Assembly: GCF_009914755.1 (NCBI RefSeq)
Contig: NC_060936.1
Length of the DNA: 64,000 nucleotides
Direction: 5' to 3' (one strand)
From: the human T2T-CHM13v2.0 reference genome, Homo sapiens
Shown piece after piece: positions 34,790-45,064 of the stretch. A model generated the notes under the pieces. It saw only the letters and a list, made by a program, of their open reading frames with translations, made no database searches and was not told the origin of the DNA. Positions within the stretch are counted from its first letter, which is position 1, and each line of letters opens with the position of its first letter. Both the position numbers and the translations under genes were made by a program.

Positions 34790-36280
34790 CTGTTCCTCAA
34801 GCTACGGAAAAATGAGGGATAACAGAAAAAATGCAGCTTTCAAAATGTAACTCTGAGGAGAAAATAAAATGCTGTCAGATAAGGAAGGAACAGAATCAAG
34901 TTGTGATGTGGAGACTTCTTTTTTTCATGAGGATATAGTACGTCATGGTAGAACACCATTCTCGCTACGATAGCAAAACAATAAAAGGCAGATAAGTTGG
35001 GGAAAATATATTTTAAAGACATAGGAGAGCTATATAATCAAAGAATTTTTAAAAAATTAAAAATCTGGACAGGATAACATCCTTCTGATGTGAGAAGTCT
35101 ATTGTCAGCTGCTTTCTTCCCTGGGATTTGTTGCTACTTTTGAATATGAGCTGAGGATTGGTGTTAGCCCATGTAAAGGAACTCTATTGAGGAACAGAGA
35201 AACCACCAAAGTGTTTGGGTGTCTTGAGGGGCTGTCAACAAATTGGAAACTTTAGCAGTCCTAAATGCAGTTATTTTTACCTAGGACACATACTCTGAAT
35301 TTTGTAGTTGTGTGGGGAGGTAGGGAGCCTTACTACAATAGACTAAAACCACCTTGATTCCACTTGAGAAGTGGGACGTGCCTCAAACACGTGGCTGGTC
35401 TTTTTTTTTTTTCAAGATATTTGCCATATTTGGAAATAAAGTGGGGTGGGAGATCACAGAACATAGTGTGAAAACCCCTGAAAAACAGACTGAATCTCCC
35501 AGATTTTAGGCCAGAGGTGACAGAGATCCCTACAAGGCTCGCAGTTGAAAGCTTAGAGCACACCCGAGGAAGAGATAAGAACCAGAAGTCAAATGTGAGT
35601 TAATGAAAAGTGCAACCCAGCTCTGATGCAGCTCATTCCTTGATTGTATTGAGGTTATCAGTCTTTCACTGTGTCTGCCTAACAGTGAAAAGGAGAACTC
35701 TTCTTGCTGGAAGAGGTCATCTGTAGCTTCTAGAGTTCCTTTATGTGCAATATCCAGCATGAAATAAACTATACTGGACATGAGAAAAGGCAAGATGATT
35801 TGTCCTTTAATAAAGGGAAAACATTTAACAATAGAGGGAGACTCACAAATGATCCAGATACTGAAATTTACTGGCAAGGAATCAGAAAGAAATTAACTTA
35901 TAAAAGTAATTGGAGGAAAAGATGGTCAAAATATATGAAAAAAATGGAGAATTCCAACAGAGATTTAGAATCGATGACATAGAACAAAAAAGATAATGTT
36001 TTTCCAGAATTGTAAAAACATTATCTAAAATTAAGACCTTGTTAGATGTGGTTAGTAGAAGACCAGACACAGCATTAGGTAGGGTAAGTGGACTTGAAGA
36101 TGGAGCATTAAAAAAATCTCCAAACTGGAGAGAAAAGAGAGAAAAACAAATGAAAAAGCAAAATAGAAGAGCAGGACACAGAGAAAATGTCTAACGTATG
36201 CCTAATTGGAGTCCCAGAATGAGAGGAGAAAATAGGGTAGAAACAATATTTGAAGATACATTGGTCATAATTCTTTCCAA
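34790..36280 (+). mobile_element. Old L1M 5'/ORF1 region
   Basis: tctaacgtatgcctaattggagtcccagaa (SNVCLIGVPE, ORF1p-like); A-rich strand. Confidence 0.6.
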
Positions 36281-36476
36281 AGGTCAGTTCACATCAGATT
36301 ACTACCTAGCATTTAGAAGAGAGGGTGGACAAATGCAGGGTTTCCTTTACAAATATAAAGTTGCCTATGGGTTCCAAATGTGTGGACCCAGCATACTACA
36401 AAATGTCCCATAGTCCTTTGAGAATCCATCTGCAGACATGAATGTGCCACAGGGCATAGACTGTAAAGCTTTGTTC

Positions 36477-36675
36477 TAGAGCAGTGCTCTCCAGTAGAAC
36501 TTTCAGTGATGGAAATGATCTGTGTTTGTACTGTTCATTACTGAAGGTCCTAGTCACATGTGGCTATTGAGCTCTTGAAATGTGGCCACTGCATTTGAAG
36601 AACGGGGTTTTAAATTTTATTTAATTGTAATTAATTATCCGCACATGGCTAGCACATTAAACAATGCAGTTCTAA
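36477..36675 (+). mobile_element. MER3-like hAT MITE
   Basis: ctagagcagtgctctccagtagaactttc...cacatgtggctattgagc. Confidence 0.78.
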
Positions 36676-39639
36676 TGGATTAAAGATACACTTAAATGCA
36701 ATAACTAGAGACCCATATTAAGTGGAGGAAATAATAAGAGATGAGAATAAATAGGATTTGAATAGGCAGAGAGATTGAAATAGAGCATTTCAAACAACTG
36801 ATGATGAAAGTATTAAATTGCCTTGCTGTTGTAAAGAGAATGTGTGTAGGGTAGTTGTGAAAAAAAACAGTGAATAAATAATGTTGGGGAAGATTAAGGA
36901 CAGTATGCCTTTTATGGTATTAAGGAATAGAGTAATTTTTTAAGGGGTTTATTGTAAGGACGAGAGAGAAAGGCAGAATATTTAAGAACTCAAAAGTAAA
37001 CGGTGGAAATTAAGCAGCTTAAGGAATTCAGCTGCATGGTTCTTTGTACTTAAATGTGATTTAGGTTTTCTCTGCATGTATATTTCTCTCTTGTTTCTGT
37101 ACCAACTGGTTTCTTTACCCTATTGAACAGAGTAGAGTTTACTCTGAACATATTTTTCTACCTCAAAGCTTGTGTTCCTAGGGTGATGTAGTTGTTCTTT
37201 TCAAGTCTACTTACTTTTTAAAAATTTATTGTGGATACATACTAGTTGTATATTTTTATGGGGTACATGTGGTATTTTGATACAAGCATACAATTATCGT
37301 GTGGTTACCTTATAGAGTCTGTTCTCTTTTTCCACCTCCAAACTTTTGCTTGCTCATGGCTTCTGTTCCCTCACAGCTCTGCTTGCATATACTTGTTATA
37401 GTCTGTTGTAATTTTACTTCATTAATTAATTCATTCAAAAAACAGTAAGTACCTCCTGGATACCAAGTTCAGTCCTAGGCACTGGAGATACATCAGTGGA
37501 AAAAAACAGACAAACCTTCCTGCCCTAAAGGACAAGGCTTCTCTAAAGATTTATACAGCTGAGGTGCAATAATATAAATGGAAGCCACTGGCCTACCCTG
37601 AAACCCCTTCAACCTTGATTTTGTTTCATACTCTGAAGAATACTCTGCCAGTAGGTCTGTCTACCCCACAGCCCATCACCCTTGCCATAAACAGTCAGCT
37701 CTTGAGGCTAAAGGAAGAGGCCAGTGCCAGCCCAGTGCCCAGGGGTCCTTGAAACAGGATCTATAAAGGAGGTCATGGTTTCCTGGTGAGCATGTCTAAA
37801 GCTCTGGGCACTCCTCACCCTGTAAGGAGGGGATGGCAACAGGAGGACCACAGCTGGCCATCAGTTGTCAAACTGTAAGGGTTTTACTGCTGATGGAGTT
37901 TATATTTTAGTTGGGAGAAGCAGACAATAAACAAACAAGTGGATTATATGGTATATTTGAAGGTTATCAGTGCTGTGGAGTGAAATGAAATGGGTGGGGC
38001 CTAAGGAAAGTGGGGTTCCTTTGTGTGTGTTTGGGTTTTAAATAGCCATAAGTAGGAGTCTCCTTGAGAAGGTTGACATTCAGCAAAGTCTATAAGGGAC
38101 TGAGCAACATTTTCCGTTAGAATGAAAAAGGAATGTTTGTATTAGACTGAATTAAAATTGAATTTGTTTTAGCTGAAATAATGGGATCAGGATTTATTGA
38201 GTACCTACTAAGTGTTCAGTGTTTATACTGGATATTTTATATCCCTCATCCCAATTAATCCTTGCTCAACTCTGGAAGGCATCATTTTGCAGACCATACA
38301 TATAGTAAGTAACAGCAAGGGTTTATAGTCAGGTGTCAGACTTCAATGTTTATGCTATCTTCAAAGATTAAATAAAGGCATGACAATTATGATGTAGGAT
38401 CATAAAACGATAATGCTACTACTTAGGTCAAAAAGATTTTTTTCTGCTATTAAGCAGAGTAAATGGAATTTCACTGATGAAGAAAAGGATTATTTGATTT
38501 ATATACAATTAATATGTCATTAAGGATATAAAATCTCTGTTCTTTCAAAAATGTGATAATGTAAAAATAAGGTAAACTTAGAATATTTTTAGTTACATAT
38601 TTACTAGGTATGTTGAATAATTTCCTTTTTCAAACTTGCTAATATATTTATTGGTATAATGGGGGTTTAGAACTTTCATTTTCGTGTTAATACAGCTAAC
38701 TCTGAGTGTCTATGACTTTTCAGTGTTTTGACTCATTTATTTTAATTTAACTGGAGTCAGGCTTTCCTATGTGAAGTACTATTTTCCTCAAACTGGGAAC
38801 TTACTAATAATTTCAAATTAAAAAGAGCTTGTGGCAAAAGGACTTTTCCAGTTCTTGGCAAGTGTGAAGTTCATTGCAATTATGCTGTGGATAGAAATAT
38901 TTCCAAAGGGAGGAAATCACTCTACAAAGGAATACTTTCAATCCATTTCTCTCATGTGACTTGAACATGAAATGATTTTAACAGCCATGTATGAATCTGG
39001 ACATTATTCTTAGTTGTTTAGTACTTCAAAAGCACTTTTAAGAGGGAATTGTTTTGCTTATTTGTGATTCCAAATCAAATACACAGAGAGATTTGGAAGA
39101 TTTGCAACAGGAAGTAATCTCAGTTCTATGTAGCCACTAATCTTGTGTAGAAAAATTCAACTTTTATGAACAAAGGAAAAGCAATCTCTTTTAAGTTATA
39201 AATATAAGCCAATGTAGGTTGCGTTGTTTAAATAATTAAAATGAAGAAGCTGTTTGTAAGTTCATTTTTTTGAGCTGCATTCCTAGGATCATTGTAGAAC
39301 TGGCCTGATTCTGAGATATCTAATTGAACAGATCTTTTTCTTACAGGAATACTCTCTTCCTACATGTTATTACAATAATAATGATATAGTGTCTACATAG
39401 ATTTCTGCAGTTTATATAACCTTGACATATGTTAACTGCATCCAATTCTGATAATTCTGTGAGGTAAATATTCCCATTATGTGTGGATAAGTGAGAGGTA
39501 TAATGGTTTCCCCAAAGTTATCTAGTTAGTAAGTAATACGGCCAGCATTAGAAGCCAGGTCTTCTGACTGCAAATCTGATGCTTTTCCCATCACATCATC
39601 TTATCTTTTTGTGCTGCTTTCTTAGTTGGACAGTTGTTG

Positions 39640-39900
39640 GCTCAGTCAAGTTCATATCAATTTAAATCTCTAGGTCTTTTACATATGTTGTTTTTAAGTC
39701 AGGTTCTCCTCATCCTGTACCTCTGTAATTGATATTTTTAAACTTAAATACTGGACTTTGTTTATCCCCATCCATTTTCATCTTATTATTTTCTACTTAT
39801 GGTTCTAGCCTTCTGAAATCTTTTCAATCTTGATTCTGTTATCCAGTTTATTTGTTATTCCTCCCAGCTGTTTGTCAATAGCAAATTTTATAAGTAGAAT
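39640..39900 (-). mobile_element. L3/CR1 fragment (MIR adjacent at about 39380-39600)
   Basis: attcctcccagctgtttgtcaatagcaaattttataag resembles antisense CR1 RT (K-FADD region). Confidence 0.5.
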
Positions 39901-42447
39901 GTTTTTGAAGTTGTAGAAGCCATCCTAGTAATCTCTAGTATACGCTGTGCTTGTCACATAGTTGGAACTTAATAAGTGGTAATTGATTAAAAAAAAAGAG
40001 ATTTTTGTACAGGGCAAGGGAAAGAAAATCTGCATATAATCCTTTATGAAAAGAAAAAATCTCAATATACAAAGGGGGGGAGTTCTGTTGTGTTTATTTC
40101 TTATATTTTAATATATTTATAAATAATATTTTTCATGGTAGAGAAAGTCATTAATTATTTTTCTTTTACATCTGAACTTGTTTTCAGTACTTCAGGAATC
40201 CATTGCCTTGTGATGGTAGTTTTCTGAAATTGTACTGGGGTCTCTGAGGAGTTTAGAATTTGTCTGTGGGGGAGGCTGAATTGAGGAAATCTAGTTGTAA
40301 GGAGAGCTATTGCGCTTATTTTGTGACTATTTGCATAGCAAGCAAAGATTTTTTTACCTAGACTATATGTTAAAAATTAATAAAAGTAACAAAACATTCT
40401 AAAGAAATTTTTGTTTGTGCTAAACATGAGATTGAAGAAACATTAGTTTTCTGTACTAAATAATATAATTATTATTTAGTATTATGTTTTTATTTAGAAT
40501 ATTTTATGGGTGGTGCTCATGAGAGTTTTGCAGTGAGAAGCTAACATCTCCCAAGCTAACTCTAGGTGCCATCACTATTGGGTTACAAAGAGTGATCCAA
40601 GCCAGCCACTCAGCATCTATTTGCCTGCGTGGTCTTACTATACTCTTTATAACTCTTTATAAGCAATAAGTTTATAATTCTCTATAAGCCATAACTTTTG
40701 TGAAGTGAAAATAATGTGTGATAAGATAATGTCAACAGTTAGTACTGGTTTTGCAGATGGAAATAAAAGTTCATGGATAATGCTACTATTATGTAGTATA
40801 ATATAGAGTCAATTTTATTAATAAAACTTATTTAAATAGGTTTATCTACTGCTTTAAATCTGTAGTTATAGGATTAATAAAGTCCAGAAAGAGCTACTTA
40901 AAATCTTCAGTTACATATAGGGCATCTTGAGGTAGAAGCTATTTAATAAGTGTTGCATTCATAGGGATTCATGAAGGTAGTGGGTTGTGAGTCCATTCTG
41001 TTCAACTTTTAAAAAAATAGTTTTTGATCTTGTATATTTTCACGTTTATTTTCAGTTTTGTGCATTTTATGCTTAAATGGAAGATAAAACTCCAATTGTC
41101 TAATGCTTCATGTAAGCACATGAAACATAATTTTTAGTGATCTGGGAGATGGAGACTGTCACAGACCTCATTAGTCAGAAAGATAGAAAATTTGTCATCC
41201 TAGGAAAACTTGCTTTTATGAAGCAGCTGGACAGACGAATATTCTAACTTTTTCTAAGTCATAGTCAGTAGATTTCACTGCCATTGTCTTTACAAACATC
41301 TGAGTGAATTAATGCATCGATCTTTGAACATATAATATATAACTACTGAATATATAAAGTCATGCTGTTTTAGATTTCATGACTGTATCAACAAATACTC
41401 TGTAAGTAATAATCAGGGTAATGTAGTTATACTCGAAGTGTTACATTTTTGAATTACTGAAGTCATCTTTATTGAATTATGTATTTGAAACTTTGTCTAT
41501 GTCAGAAAATGATTTCAGGTGACTTCTAATTATTTGGAGACATCTCTCCATTAAACCTGAATGGTATTACACATCATTTGTAATTGTTGAAATTGGCATT
41601 ATTTGTATAGGCTACTTTGTTCTAAAATTAATTTCTATCCCCAATAGCTCACTGGTTTATGTTTGTGGAACAAATTTCCAAAACTACTTTTTTTGGCATC
41701 CTTTTCAGTGATCAAGAATTGAGTTCATCTTTGTAATTTTCTCCTATTTATGTAGAAAGTTAGGCCCTCCTATTTGATGTTTGAAGATAAATGCAAGAGT
41801 ATACTTTGGATTTCTGACCATTAAGTCACTTGGTCAAATCTTTCTAGACTGATACATTGAATCATCTTTCTTGTTTTCCTAAATACTCGAGAAATAATGT
41901 CTTTCCTATATCATTTTGTTTTATCTTGCAGTTTCTTTGCTAGTTTCCTGTTTTTGATTGACCTCACTTAGTTCTTTTTTTCATCTTAGCATTTCTTCCC
42001 TCCCTAATTTCTTGAATTCCATATGCTATTTTTTTTCCAAGAGTGTGTTCTTCTTAGGATGAAGAACTTGTATTTTTCTATGATTATGTATATCACCTGT
42101 ATTGTTATTTTACTTACAATAAGACGCTCCAAAGCAGTGCTGACACAGGAACATGTAACAAAGCCCTGCGAAGAGTCTAAAATTGATTGTTTTGTAACTG
42201 TTACCAAAAAAAAAATCAAAAATATACATAAAGCTATTATTTTGGAAAAGAACAAAAATGCTAGCCATAACAATGAATGAGTTTGCAAACTATGAAATAT
42301 AAAAGGTTAGAGAGAGGTTCTCAATGAGTAATAGAATTTCTAAGGGAAATTTTTATACCTTGATTACTATAGAGTGTGTGTCTATCTAGATGAAGAAATA
42401 AAATAATGAATAAATTTGCATATTTTCTTCTTTCTTTCTGTTACTAG

Positions 42448-42583
42448 ATGAAGCAAACTTTAATTAGATCCCAATTTGCTTGTACTTATAAAGATGACTA
42501 CATGATAAGCAAGGATAATTGGAATAATGTTAATTTAGCATCAAAGCCTTTGTGTGTTCTTTACATGGAAAATGACCTTTCTG
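42448..42583 (+). CDS. PARPBP: PARPBP coding exon (probably 10), MKQTLIRSQF...MENDLS(E)
   Basis: ttctttctgttactag acceptor, ctg|gtaatt donor; 136 nt, ends phase 1. Confidence 0.93.
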
Positions 42584-43086
42584 GTAATTGACCTTATTTG
42601 TGCAATTAAATAACAATTTAATTCTAGTCTACTAATTAGTTTTAACTTAAGTAAAATTAGGTTATTTTTGCAAAGTACTATGAAATGTAAAGGGTAATAT
42701 TTTTAAAGACCTCAGTTTATTTAAAAAGTTAAATCTAAGTACAAATTTATCGATAGGAATAGGACACAGTTTGATTTAACTAAATGTATTTAAGAAGTAA
42801 TTTGTAGCATATGTTTAAGGATTAAATGTCATGCATTCAAACAAATATTTCTTAATAGGGCTGACAAGTTGATTACTGGCCAAAGCTAACTCAGAGGTGC
42901 TATGATAAAATGAAAAGTAATAGGATAGTAATGTAGCTATATTTGTCAATCATATTATTTATAGCATTATTTTACTTTAAAAATTTGAATATTCGTTAGC
43001 CATTTTTAAAGTTTATTGTAAAGTTCTCGTAAATATTAATACTCAATATCATGTAATTCCTTTCCCCTTTTTATCTTGCATAACAG

Positions 43087-43427
43087 AGGGTGTAAATCCA
43101 TCTGTTGGAAGATCAACAATTGGAACGAGTTTTGGAAATGTTCATCTGGACAGAAGTAAAAATGAAAAAGTATCAAGAAAATCAACCAGTCAGACAGGAA
43201 ATAAAAGCTCAAAAAGGAAACAGGTGGATTTGGATGGTGAAAATATTCTCTGTGATAATAGAAATGAACCACCTCAACATAAAAATGCTAAAATACCTAA
43301 GAAATCAAATGATTCACAGAATAGATTGTACGGCAAACTAGCTAAAGTAGCAAAAAGTAATAAATGTACTGCCAAGGACAAGTTGATTTCTGGCCAGGCA
43401 AAGTTAACTCAGTTTTTTAGACTATAA
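43087..43427 (+). CDS. PARPBP: PARPBP last coding exon, (E)GVNPSVGR...GQAKLTQFFRL*, with C-terminal PCNA-interacting (PIP) box
   Basis: Pyrimidine tract + taacag acceptor; 341 nt to TAA; QAKLTQFF fits Q-x-x-L-x-x-F-F. Confidence 0.96.
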
Positions 43428-43615
43428 ATTTGTGTCTTATATGCTTTAGGTTTATGTATCTATAAACCATTCACCAAAGACATGCTTAATTTTTAAGAGA
43501 TCAAGGTGTAAATTATGATGATTTATTATTTTGGTCTACAGTGTATGTAAGGTTAGTATGTTAAGCATTGTTTAAAAATACTAGTAAGTCATAATTATGC
43601 AGAATTTTCACAAAG

Positions 43616-43621
43616 TTTAAT
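43616..43621 (-). terminator. PMCH: PMCH distal poly(A) signal ATTAAA (a proximal AATAAA also lies at 43749-43754)
   Basis: tttaat and tttatt on the + strand, downstream of the PMCH stop. Confidence 0.55.
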
Positions 43622-43787
43622 GCACAGAGAAAGCATATCATTTCAGTTACTGATACATCTTAACACTACTTTCTTTTAAAACAGACATTTAACATACACA
43701 AGTTATAGTAGCAGTATGGGCTTCTCCTCCCATTGGCAATTAAATGCTTTTATTTTCTTCTGAAAAGATGATGTGGACCAACAGGTA

Positions 43788-43837
43788 TCAGACTTGCCAA
43801 CAAGGTCGGTAGACTCTTCCCAGCATACATCTGAGCA
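43788..43837 (-). CDS. PMCH: PMCH exon 3 coding part (MLRCMLGRVYRPCWQV*), completing cyclic 19-aa MCH
   Basis: ttcttccttcag acceptor; 50 nt to TGA; total CDS 249+199+50=498 nt = 165 aa. Confidence 0.97.
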
Positions 43838-44108
43838 CTGAAGGAAGAAGAAAGTTTAAATTGTTTAAAGGACTATAATTATCACACAAAATTTATTAAG
43901 AAAAAAAGAATGGATCTAGTATAACTAATTCTGAGTAAACCAAAATGATAATAATTAATTGTTGCTATTTAATCCCACATTTTTGGCAGGTGTAATTGAG
44001 CCATGGTCTTATTTGATTTTGTTATGATTGCATCCAAATTCACTTTAACTCAGAGTTCTGTTTAATGGTGGTAGGATGTAAGAATTGAATTTTGAAAAGA
44101 CTACTCAC

Positions 44109-44307
44109 TGTCAAAATCTCTCCTTCCTATAGGAAATTTAGCTGAGTTTTCTTCATCCCCAATTTCTCTCTTTTCTTGTGTTGATTCAGTATTCTGAACT
44201 CCATTCTCAGCTGGGAAAGCTACAGATCCTTTTAGTGCAAGATAAGGTTTTATAGCCAGATTCAGTGGCAGACCATGATTTAAGAAATTATGTTTGGAGC
44301 CTGTGTT
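44109..44307 (-). CDS. PMCH: PMCH exon 2 (NGE GSVAFPAENGVQNTESTQE, KR, NEI EIGDEENSAKFPI-G, RR, MCH N-terminus DFD)
   Basis: ctttacag acceptor, aca|gtgagt donor; 199 nt; dibasic cleavage sites and amidation Gly are visible. Confidence 0.97.
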
Positions 44308-44628
44308 CTGTAAAGAGAAGGTTGATTTGGTTTTTAGCTATCGTATTCGGAGTGGAACTATAATACAATTGTATAATATTCTTGTTGATCAATTCAAAGT
44401 TACTCTGCACTGTTTTTGACTTTTTAAAAATACCTTAGATGCAAATTTATAGGAGAAAAAACACTTTCAGATAAGAGGTGTTTGCTGGGATGGAAGAACT
44501 ACCTGGCATGTAAGAAATATCGTCAGTCGTCCTAATGCATATTGTGACTGTTTGCATATACTTCTGTTTATAAAAGTATCAGTTTTACTTTTCAGAGGAT
44601 TTGTAAGAATCATTTAAATTTTCATTGA

Positions 44629-44634
44629 AATAAA
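44629..44634 (+). terminator. PARPBP: PARPBP polyadenylation signal AATAAA
   Basis: gaAATAAAcg; CA dinucleotides about 10-20 nt downstream; tttattttcctcttcgtt downstream element. Confidence 0.7.
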
Positions 44635-44657
44635 CGACAAGTCACATTGCCACTTAC

Positions 44658-44906
44658 CTTTGAAACTTTATTTTCCTCTTCGTTCATGAAACTGCTCTCA
44701 TCATTTTTATATTGTTCCAGGGAAGGAGCAATAACTGATTTTTCTGCAGTGTCTTCCTTCTGAAAGCCTTTCCCCAACCTGAATGTATTAAATACCATGT
44801 CATCATCTAAATTTCTTATGGACTTGGATGCTGAAAGTAAAATACCTTGAGAAAACAAAGAAAAAGTTAGTATTAATATATAGGAAGAGAGATTCATTTT
44901 TGCCAT
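44658..44906 (-). CDS. PMCH: PMCH exon 1 coding part (signal peptide + prosegment, MAKMNLSS...ENKVSK)
   Basis: ATG at 44906, hydrophobic signal peptide, aag|gtaagt donor; ORF 44622..44906. Confidence 0.97.
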
Positions 44907-44991
44907 TCTTAGTTTGATGTTTGCATACAGTCAAACAAGAAAGAAAATGAAAAATTTCTCTGTCAGCCTGCTTGGTAAACGATTCTGTATC

Positions 44992-44999
44992 TTTATATA
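44992..44999 (-). promoter_or_regulatory. PMCH: PMCH TATA box (TATATAAA); TSS about 44965-44972
   Basis: tttatata on the + strand, about 90 nt upstream of the ATG. Confidence 0.85.
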
Positions 45000-45055
45000 T
45001 TTTCTAGCTTGAATAGAAAGCACTTCAAAGAATTATACTTTTCATCATTTTAGAA

Positions 45056-45064
45056 ATGACTCAT
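45056..45064. promoter_or_regulatory. AP-1 site ATGACTCAT in the PMCH proximal promoter
   Basis: Perfect TGACTCA with symmetric flanks, about 60 nt upstream of the TATA box. Confidence 0.6.

Larger units (their letters stand above)
43428..44656 (+). other. PARPBP: PARPBP 3' UTR, antisense to PMCH exons 2-3 and both introns (AROM overlap); end approximate
   Basis: Follows the stop codon; AATAAA at 44629-44634 with a U-rich tract downstream; the overlap is established knowledge. Confidence 0.75.

Noticed and set aside
43105-43341. 78-aa alternative-frame ORF overlapping the last PARPBP exon
   Set aside because: TTG start, and the frame is closed by TAA at 43093-43095, so splicing at 43087 cannot reach it
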